Positions 55,241 through 64,000 of a stretch of DNA of 64,000 nucleotides are shown here, piece after piece. How positions within the stretch are numbered: the first letter of the stretch is position 1; each line of letters starts with the position of its first letter. The notes beneath the pieces were generated by a model. That model worked only from the letters and a program-made list of their open reading frames with translations, did not search any database and was not told the DNA's origin. This DNA is from an uncultured Phycisphaerales bacterium (lineage in GTDB: Bacteria > Planctomycetota > Phycisphaerae > Tepidisphaerales > Tepidisphaeraceae): positions 384,001 through 448,000 of the forward strand of contig CAWBWQ010000001.1 of assembly GCA_963792535.1 (NCBI GenBank), given 5' to 3'. A program made the translations under genes and the position numbers.

Positions 55241-57912
55241 ATGTCGAAGACGATTTTCTATGCTTGGCAGTCGGACCAACCGAAGGCACTGACGCGGGAA
55301 TTCATCAGGTCAGCGATTGAAGCGGCAATCGCGAAGCTCAACACTGACGCAGTCGTTGAAGACGCTGACGCAATCGACGAATGGGAAATCGACCATGACA
55401 CAAAGGGCGTTCCCGGCAGTCCGCCAATTGCTGAAACGATCTGCAAAAAGATTGACGAATGTGCGATCTTCATTGCTGATGTCCTGGTCCCCTAAACTGG
55501 TGCCAGTAGGGTGTATAAACTTCCGATCCGGAAAGGATCAGGAAGTCGATGAAAAAGCGATTTACGGACGAGCAGATTGTTGGGTTTCTCCGGCAGGTTG
55601 AAGCGGAGGAAAAAACGATCGCGGAGGTTTGCCGGGAGGGCGGGTTTTCGCAGCCGACATATTACCAGTGGAAGAAGAAGCTGGGGTCGATGGCTGAGCC
55701 GGAGGTGAAGCGGCTGCGGGAGTTGGAGAAAGAAAATGGCCGATTGAAGCGATTGCTTGCTGAGCGTGATCTGGAGTTGGATGTGGTGAAGGAGTACCTG
55801 CAAAAAAAGTAGTTGATACGGCTGAGCGACGATCGGCGGCGGTGTTTCTGGTGTCGCGGAAGGTATCAGTTCGGCGAGCTTGCTGGTGGCTTGGCGTGGG
55901 CCGGAACTGGCTGAAATATCTGAGTCGGAGGAAGGAGGATGGTCTGGCTGATCGGTTGATGGAGTTGGCGAAAGAGCATCCGCGGTATGGAGCCAGGCGG
56001 TTGTGGGCGTTGCTGCGACGCGAGGGATTGAAGGTGAATTTCAAGCGGATCAGACGACTGTGCCGCAAGCACGGGCTGATGCTCAAGCAGAAGCGGCGAC
56101 GTAAGCGACGTGGGATCGGCATTGGAGTGATTTGCAGCGCGAGTCGGCCGAACCAGGTCTGGGCTTATGATTTTGTGGAGGATCGGACCGAATCGGGACA
56201 GAAGCTGAGAGTCCTGACGGTGATCGATGAGTTCACGCGGGAGTGCGTGGCGGTGGAGACGGAATACCGGATGAACGCGAAGTACGTGGCCCAGACGTTG
56301 TTGAGATTGTTCAAAAGCCGCGGTGTGCCGGAGCATGTGCGAAGCGACAATGGTCCTGAGTTTATTGCCAAGCATCTGATGCGAACGCTTGCCGGCGTGG
56401 GTGTGAATGTTAGGCACATCGAGCCGGGCAGCCCGTGGCAAAATGGATTGGACGAACGATTCAATGGGAGCCTAAGAGATGAATGCCTGAACATGGAGAC
56501 GTTCACGAATGTCGACCAGGCCCGAGCGATCATTAAGCTGTATGGCCGGCACTACAACACGGACAGGCCCCACAGCAGCCTGGGTTACAAAACGCCCGAG
56601 GAGTTTGGTAATGATTGGACGAACTCGAGCGGAAGAAAATGCGAGGTCCGCGAGTACGCGGACGGGTGTGAGGCTCCCCTCCGGAAGACACCGTTACAGG
56701 AAATGGCCGTTGTCTTCTGAGGGTTGGGTCCCCCGCGGATCGAGCGTCATGAACCGAAACACACACGAGCCGCCGAGCGTTTCGGCGGCTCCAAACAACG
56801 CCATCAAGGATCGAGAATTATACACATTCGCGTGGCACCAAGATCGGGGTCTGGACACTGACGTGACTTGCGTAGGCGAATACACGAATGCAAGCGGGCG
56901 CAAGAAGAAGTCGATCAACGGCAACGTGCTAATTGAACTCGGGTACGCTAGGGGAAAGCTCGGATTGAACAAAGTTATCACAGTCCAAAACACTGCATTT
57001 GGAACTCCCGACGAACTTCCGTTCGATATGACACACCTTCGGCATCCGGTCCAGTTCAGTGTCACAGCGGGAACATCCAGCGACAACAAGGACAAGCAGT
57101 TCCAGAAACTGATTGCAATTTTCGAAGATGCGTTCCGCGACATTCTAAAATCTGTGCTGGCGACGGAAGCAGCGAAGTTAAATGCGGAGCAGCTTGCAGA
57201 ATCGCAACTGACTGATCAGGCGTTGGAAAGGGTGAACAACCTTCGGAAGACTTTTGAAAACGAAGTTCATGACGGAAACTTTGGCGAATTCAAGGAAAAT
57301 GGACCGTACATCACTTTCAGGATGATTCCGTTAAAGCCGCCTAAACAACTCGATATATTCAGCGCACAAAACTGGTCCAGTCGGTTGTCGATGTTCTTGG
57401 GTCGGGACGGCAAGGAGACAAGACCGGACAGTCTTTCTGTCTTTCGAAGGGCAAAGGATAATCCTTCCGATGACATGCGTATGTCACTGCTTGCAGATGG
57501 CAGTATTGTTTCCGCACAGAATATACGAGCGATACCATTTCCGGATTACCATAACGTCGTAAACTACTTGGCTGTGGAAAGAAAGTTAGTTTTGAACACG
57601 TTGGACCAGATTCAGCTTTTGCGGGAACTGGGCATCAACGGGAGCATTGCGGCCCAATTTGGATTACACAACGTCAAAGGAAAATTACTTTTGTACGGTG
57701 AACGAGCTTCGTTTCATGGACCGTTCAAACTATCAGCGAAGGATAACGTTTTTCCACCAGCAGTTGTCATTCCTGCTGGGTTCAACGGCGGGGATGATCA
57801 ATTTATGGCAACCATCTGGCGTCCAGCGTTTGACTGGGTATGGCGTTCTGTTGGTGCAGACCGCTGTCTAATCTTCAATCCAGACGGCACATACGCATTC
57901 AATTCAAATTGA
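55241..57912 (+). pseudogene. TIR-like/nucleoside deoxyribosyltransferase-like domain protein, join(55241..55479, 56862..57912), disrupted by IS3
   Basis: IFYAWQSD..DTKGVPGSPPI..KID...FIADV|T..NGNVLIELGYA..LPFD is in frame once the IS and one TSD are removed. Confidence 0.8.
55480..56857 (+). mobile_element. IS3-family element, copy 2
   Basis: matches copy 1 except 34578A/56141G (only difference I found); 4-bp TSD CTGA. Confidence 0.95.
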
Positions 57913-58013
57913 CTGTTTTGGCAACCACTAAAAAAATCGCGCATAAAAAATCTGCTGGGAACCGAAAGAAAAATGGGGAATACTTCAGCGAAGAACCAGT
58001 AGCCACGTTCGTA

Positions 58014-59048
58014 TCAATGCGGACGACGATTGTATCCCGAGACGTGCGTTCCATCTTTTCGAGTGTATCCGGAAACATGCTCCGTCTTTCCACCAGAACC
58101 AAAACCAGAACCAGACGCGCCATAAATCACAGTCCCTGTTCCATCATCCGCAACCGTTCCGTCAACCGGCTGGGTCGCTGGATGCGCAGAAGCCAAAGCC
58201 GCAACCCGAGCAGAACGAATTTCACCTTCCAAACCAACGACAACGGCAGACTTCGAACGAACATCAGCTTCAGCAGCATGAACAGCAGGATCGGCTTCCT
58301 GTGCATCAACAATCAACAGATTCGCTGCTGACGACAAATCCAGATAATTCTGATCAACCGCTATCGACTTAGCTTCATCCGCTTTCCCTTTCGCAACGAC
58401 ATATGCGGGAGACACCATCACCCGCTTCTTCACAACATCCTTCGCAGCCGTCAAACGATCTTCAGCAGACTTTTCATCATGCTTCGCAGACACCAACTGC
58501 TGATCCAATGTCGGACCTGTAACCGTCGCTGACGAACCAGAAAAAACGGGAGCAGGTAAAATCGGCGCGGGAACGGAAACAACTGCCGAATCAGAAGACT
58601 GATCCGTGACGGGAGCAACAGGAGCAACCGCAACAGGTGTCTGAACTGGTGGCTGAACAACCGGCTGACTCGGGGATGAACTGGAAGACGAATCAGAAGG
58701 TACAGACGGCTTGCTGTTGAACAAATTCACACAGATCACAATCGCACCAGCAACGATTCCCAGCTTGAACATCCTTCCAATGAACGAAGATCGCTTCCTT
58801 CGGGTGGTCGTATAAGTGACCACGGTTACTTTCTTTCCCACGCGCCCCTTCTTTCCGCCCGTCAGCAGCTTCACAGGATCAACCGTCGTTCGGTAATAGA
58901 CCCGGTTGTAAAGTGCCTTTTTGGGATTTGTGAACCAGCCGAATCCACGGGGAGCTTTGAACCCAAGCCGATGACGTACAACACGCTTCCAACTGGTTCG
59001 CGCTGCGATCCGTTTCTTCAGCGAAGGCTTCCGGAACCCGAACTTCAT
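58014..59048 (-). CDS. prophage-type membrane protein with basic N-terminus
   Basis: MKFGFRKPSLKKRIAART..PKKALYNRVY..TT, one TM, Pro/Ser linker, C-terminal VSGYTRKDGTHVSGY. Confidence 0.65.
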   Translation of the reverse strand: MKFGFRKPSLKKRIAARTSWKRVVRHRLGFKAPRGFGWFTNPKKALYNRVYYRTTVDPVKLLTGGKKGRVGKKVTVVTYTTTRRKRSSFIGRMFKLGIVAGAIVICVNLFNSKPSVPSDSSSSSSPSQPVVQPPVQTPVAVAPVAPVTDQSSDSAVVSVPAPILPAPVFSGSSATVTGPTLDQQLVSAKHDEKSAEDRLTAAKDVVKKRVMVSPAYVVAKGKADEAKSIAVDQNYLDLSSAANLLIVDAQEADPAVHAAEADVRSKSAVVVGLEGEIRSARVAALASAHPATQPVDGTVADDGTGTVIYGASGSGFGSGGKTEHVSGYTRKDGTHVSGYNRRPH

Positions 59049-59344
59049 GACAAAAGCATAATCCAGACGAACCCAGCATTACCCGTCTTTTCCCTTGACC
59101 AGTCAGGGGCAACATCGGCGATCAACCGCTTCAACTACGAAATCCATTTTGATCCTTCCAAGATGATGCGTTTTTCCCAGCAACTACGAATTCACTGCGA
59201 ATTCTGACATGCAAGCAACTACGGATTATGACAAAAGCGGGAGCAAAAAGAAAAATCAGAATTGATGAAAACCACTGTAAAATAAGGCGTTTAAAGTGGT
59301 TTTTGTCGGTCGGCCCGGCGAACCGGCTAAAAAATGACATTAGT

Positions 59345-59384
59345 TTTAGGAAACCAGCGCTCTATCCAACTGAGCTACGCGGGC
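59345..59384 (-). repeat. native 5' half of tRNA-Arg(CCT) (att core copy)
   Basis: GCCCGCGTAGCTCAGTTGGATAGAGCGCTGGTTTCCTAAA; ends just after the anticodon loop. Confidence 0.88.
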
Positions 59385-59399
59385 GTAGATCAACGGCAA

Positions 59400-59428
59400 A
59401 AGATAGAGCACTGGGTGGCGATTGACAA
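59400..59428 (-). promoter_or_regulatory. sigma-70 promoter of the native tRNA-Arg
   Basis: TTGTCA-17 nt-TATCTT, 15 nt upstream of the tRNA 5' end. Confidence 0.6.
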
Positions 59429-59431
59429 TCC

Positions 59432-62400
59432 TTAAGCGGTGATCAGTTCGATCGCGAAAGTGCTAAACAGATCTGAGATCTTGTTGGAGGTGTTGAAGCG
59501 GAACCGCGATCCATTCTCGGTTCCGGTAATGGATCGCGTGACGAGCAACGCGATGCCATCGGGAGCGGGAGTCGCGGTGGTCGTGTCAACGACGCCGAGC
59601 GAAGCAGAGTTTAACGTATGCACGATGAGCTGCGTGTTGGTGAAGTTGGTCGTCGCACGCCCGGTGAGGTGAAGTGCGCCAAGGCTTGAAGTGCCAATGT
59701 TGGCGGTCGTCGCGTTTGCCAGCGTGGCGGCGCTGGAGGCGCCTAACAGGATAGTGTCGTCGGAAAGGAGCGTAGCGACGATGCTGCCGAGATTCCCGGT
59801 GGTTATCAATTTTGTGTTGTTGATCGCGCCGGTGACACTGAGCGTGTTCAGCGAGAGCCCTGGGCTGGTAAAGGTCAGAGCCGGCGTTTTGAATGTTGCC
59901 TGAAACGTGAATCGTGCGTGCGCTGCCGGCGGTGATGTTGCCCGTGATTCCACCAGTGACGCTAAGGACGTTCAGGCTGCCTGCGGTAAGGGCAGCTCCA
60001 AAGCCGCCCGCGCGGACGAGCAAACTGTTGATCGAGCCGGAGACGCTTGCCTGCAGGGTGCTGGCGATACCGCCGGCGGCGATGCTGAAGGCATTGCCGG
60101 TGATTTTCCAGGCGTCACTGCCCACGATTCCTCTGATCTGGGCCACGCGCAGGACGGTACCGCCGCCGGTGAGAGTCAGCGTCGGTTGAAAGTTACCGGC
60201 GATTGCCAGCGAGGTGATTGACGGGGCCGTGATCGCCGAAGCGCCGGGGTCGAGCTGTTCCACGCACTGGCCTGCAGGGTGCGAATCGGGACGGCGCTGG
60301 ATAAGGTTGAATCGCCTACACCGCCGGTAATGAGGGAGAAACCCGTTGGGATGCCTGCTCCAACGGAAATCTTCGCGTTATTGATCTGAAGGAATTGAAG
60401 AACCGCGACACCGCTGAGATTTACAGTGCCGCTCAACCCTGCGCGGGGTGCGGAAATGGTGCGGATGGGGCTGGCATCGGAGATTCCCCCGATGGTCAGC
60501 GCGCCGGTTCCGCGCGAGCTGATCGAGAGTGTGCTTGCCGCGGTTGTTGCGCTGATGTCGAGTTGGGCGATCTGCAATGAAGAGCCGGTAACGGTTGCCC
60601 TGCCGTCACGATCGACTGCGAGCGATGCAGCATTGTTGAAAAGCACTTCAACGCTGCCCCGATTTAATGACAGCGTGGTAACTGCGCCACCACCGCTGGT
60701 GAAAGTGAGCGAGCGATCATTGCCGGCGATACTTCCGATGGTAACGCCGACATTCAGATCGACGGTGGCCACGTTGGACGCATGACCGTTTACGTCGGAA
60801 ACGGTGTAAGTGAAGCTGTCGGGTCCGACGAAATCAGCCGCCGGCGTATAAGTGATGACACCGGTGCTGGTGTTGATAGAGGTTGTGCCGTGCGCAGGGC
60901 GCGGCGGCTACCGCCAAAGTGGAGAGATCCAGGCCCACGGTGGAATTCACATTTCCGGTCACGTTAATTGCAAGCGAACCATTAGCCAGGCCGGTGGTTG
61001 CCGTGCTCGAGGCGATGGGAGCCTTGGCGGGATTGCTGACCGTTACAGTGACAAGCGTGGCAGCCGACGTAAATCCGGTGTTATCTTTCACGTTGTAGAA
61101 GAAGGATTCGACCCCGGCAAAGCCGGAAGCCGCGGTATAGGTGATCGTGCCGTCGGCATTGGCAGTGGCGGTGCCACCGTCGGTAGGAGACGACACGATT
61201 GTCACACTGGCGGGGACAATGGTGCCCGATGAATCGCTATCCGCCGAGAGCACGTTGATGATCGTGGCCTGCGCTGCGATGGCCGTGGCGCTGACCGGCA
61301 CGGTGACGACCCCACCGGCGTTAGCGGGTGAAACTGCGACCGTCACCGTACCGACACTGGAAATTTCTCCCGCGTAGTCCGCGACGGTGTAGCTGAAGGT
61401 ATCGGTGCCGCTGAAAGTGGAGGGCGCTATGTAGGTGACGACGCCGGTTGTCGCATTGACTGTGACGGTTGCTCCGGAGGTCGGCTGCGCGCTGATCGCG
61501 AGGGTCGCGGGATTGATCGTGCTGCTGGCGTCGGTGTCGTTGGCCAACAGGTTCATCTGTACAACCTGGCCGGCTACGGCGGTGAACGAATCGGGCACAG
61601 CTACGGGTTTATTATTTGCTACGTTGAAGGTGATGGTTGTCGGCGCAGAGACATCGTTGTTGTTGTCGGCCACGGTATAGGCAAGTGTTTCGGTGCCGAC
61701 AAAAGCAGCTGCGGGGGTGTAGGTAAGCAAGCCTGTGGCGGGATCGAAGGTTGCGGTGCCGCCGGCGCTGGGTGGGGTGGTGATGGTGAAGGTGCCGGGC
61801 TGAATCGTGCCGGTGGCGTCAACGTCGCCGGACAGGACCGGCTCCTGAACAGTTTCACCGGCGATGGCAGCATAGGTCTGCGGAGTTGTAATCGGCCCGG
61901 TGTACACCGGTGTAGCGCCGTAACTGGAAATCTGGGCCGTGGTGGTGCTTGCCGTGGTGTTGGCAGCGACGGCAAGCCCGAGATAGCAGTTGGCCGGGAA
62001 GTTGCTCAACGTCTGCTGGCTCATCAGGGTCCAGATGATTCCATCCGTACTGGTGTATCCACTGAAAACGTTGCCCACGCGGGCCAGGCGAACCCACACA
62101 TTGGGATAACTCAACGAGCCGGGCTGCGCGGTTACCGATTCAGTGGCACCGTCGCTGGCGCGGTATTTAAAGCGATAGTTGATCGGGCTGGCGCTCATGT
62201 AGACGTTTGCGCCGTCGCGCTCAGCGAGTCGCGCGCCATGATGCCGGCGGTGGCGTAACTGCCGGCTGTCGTAATGGAGCTGACCTTGGCGGCAACGTCG
62301 AAATTGCCTGACTGCGCAGTGAACAAATAGCGAAACCCATCGGTGTTGCCAGTGATGCCCGGGCCACCGGCAACAACGGTATAGGCCTGGTTCGGCGTAA

Positions 62401-64000
62401 TCGTTGTCGTGGAACCGGCGGGGGACTCATTGACCGCGATCGTCTGGAGATTGGTTGAAGCCGTCCCGGTTGTTACGACGCTGGTTTGCGTCCCTAATCC
62501 AACGCCGGTGGCATTTACCGCAGCAACGCGATAATAGAGCGTCTCACCCGGCAGGGCGGTTGAATCTAAAAATGTATTGGCTGTTGCCGCGGCGCTGCTG
62601 ACCAGTGCATAGCCGGTGGTCGGTGACAGGCTGCTGTAGATGTTGTATCCAGTAAGTGAAGAATCCAGCACGGGAACCCATTGCAGGGCAACTCCGCCGG
62701 TGGTGTCGTTTGCGTACACGGCCGCGGGTGATGCAGCGCCGCCGGTGGACTGCGGCGTCGAGACGGTCACCGTGGAAGTCGGGCGGATGTTCCGGATCAC
62801 ATAGATATTATCCTGGAAGTCGAAATTCTCGGCGGCGCCGTTTGGATAATCGCCGGCGAGGATATACGTGTTTGGTACAAGGTTGCCCGCGGAATCGCGC
62901 ACGGGATAGAAGCGGAGCAGATGTCCACCACCGGCGTCACCGACGTTCTTGGCGTCATCGCTCCAGGTGTTGGGGTTCAGCATTTCAAAACCGAAGCTTC
63001 CGGTGGTTGTGAAACTGCCCGCTGCCGCCGCGGTGCCTGCGCTATTCAGGGGAAAGAAGCTCTGACCTACATCCGACCCGGTGCTTAAAATGGAATGGGT
63101 CGAGGTGCTTCCCTGCGCGAAATAACTGAGGCCGCTGGTATCGCCTTCGGTGTGATACGCGGCGATCTGTGTAACGCCGACCGGTTGTGTGGCGTCGGCG
63201 GATGTCCAGTAAGCCGAGGCCACTTCTTCGCCGTAATAAATCGGTGTGGATCCCGTCGAGGTGCTTTCGGTGAGAAAATTGATCTGGCTTGGATTGATCT
63301 GCGTTCCATACCCGAGCATCAGATTCACCATGGTCTGCAGATCGGGCTCGTTTTCATTTTCGCTGTGCTCCTGCCACCAGCCCTGCATGGGGATGACTGT
63401 GCTGGCTGCATTGGTGTCATTGCTGGAAATGGTCAGCAGACCTGGATAATCGCTGCCACCACCACCATTGCCGGCGCTGTTGGTTTCGTTTGGAGAATGG
63501 CTGTTGGCATTTGTTTGCGAGAGCACAAACTGAACCTCGATCGCCTGCGTCTGGCCGGATGTCAGGGTGAAGGGGAACGCCGGGGGATTGACGAGTTGAT
63601 ACTGCGTGCCGCCGTTGCTTCCGGTGGTAGCTGCAACAGTGATATTGCTGACGGTGAGGCTTCCCTGTCCGGTATTTTCCAGGGTGATTGTGTTGGTGTC
63701 GTGAACGGTGTCGCCGACGGTGGTGTTGGGATTCTCAATGCGGTTAAACACAAGCGTGTTACTGCCTGGAACGGCGGTCGGATTGATGACACTAAGTACC
63801 GGCCCGCCAGGGGCAGCGGGAGCCGCCGTTACGTTGCGGACGATTGCAACCAGATTCGTGAAGTCATAGCCGGCGGGACTGTACCACTCGGTGCTGGTCA
63901 TGATGTACGAATTTGGAACGACGGTGCCGTCTGAATTCTCAAGCGGGAAGAAGCGGAATTTACGCGGGTCGGTGGTGTCCCACGGATTTAAGGCGTCCTG
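59432..64000 (-). CDS. giant surface protein (Ig/cadherin-like Big_9 repeats, fn3, beta-helix-like C-terminus); 5' end outside window; several frameshifts
   Basis: repeats N.LANDTD..TY.P..F.GTDTFSYTV.D; Thr/Ser/Ala-rich; consecutive minus-strand ORFs. Confidence 0.8.

Larger units (their letters stand above)
53443..59344. mobile_element. integrated island in tRNA-Arg(CCT), no integrase present
   Basis: direct repeat 53406-53441 / 59345-59384; visibly lower GC; arm-like repeats at both ends. Confidence 0.85.

Noticed and set aside
56509..56857. N-terminal part of the 467-aa ORF 56509..57912
   Set aside because: Read-through from IS3 sequence; the real N-terminus is at 55241
59314..59390. Second complete tRNA-Arg
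   Set aside because: Similarity stops after the anticodon loop; no T-arm or 3' acceptor strand

Overview
GC-rich bacterial chromosome segment. Gene content suggests Planctomycetota, possibly Phycisphaerae (inference). Many single-base indels split core genes and are most likely assembly errors. The backbone holds an RND pump, sugar catabolism/glycoside hydrolase genes, cysE, HU, bioF, an ECF sigma factor, rlmN, adk, addA, sdhB, a pilM-type cluster, fmt/def, rpsL-rpsG, PPi-type PEP carboxykinase, tig, hisS, recQ, a GH3 and a giant Ig-repeat surface protein. Two accessory regions stand out. (1) 31.0-36.6 kb is an integron remnant: a probable truncated intI N-terminus, a divergent array of five cassettes with ~110-bp attC sites, and two IS110/IS1111-type insertions at the same attC position. 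The IS non-coding ends contain short segments matching both halves of the attC target and the IS end, separated by covarying hairpins, consistent with a readable bridge/seek RNA aimed at attC. The whole block is bracketed by related palindromes. (2) 53.4-59.4 kb is an integrase-less island in tRNA-Arg(CCT) that duplicates the 5' half of the tRNA. It keeps arm-type repeats at both ends, lacked CCTC/GAGG in my manual scan, and carries an IS3-disrupted TIR/NDT-like candidate defence gene. Two near-identical IS3 copies and one ISKra4 element are also present.
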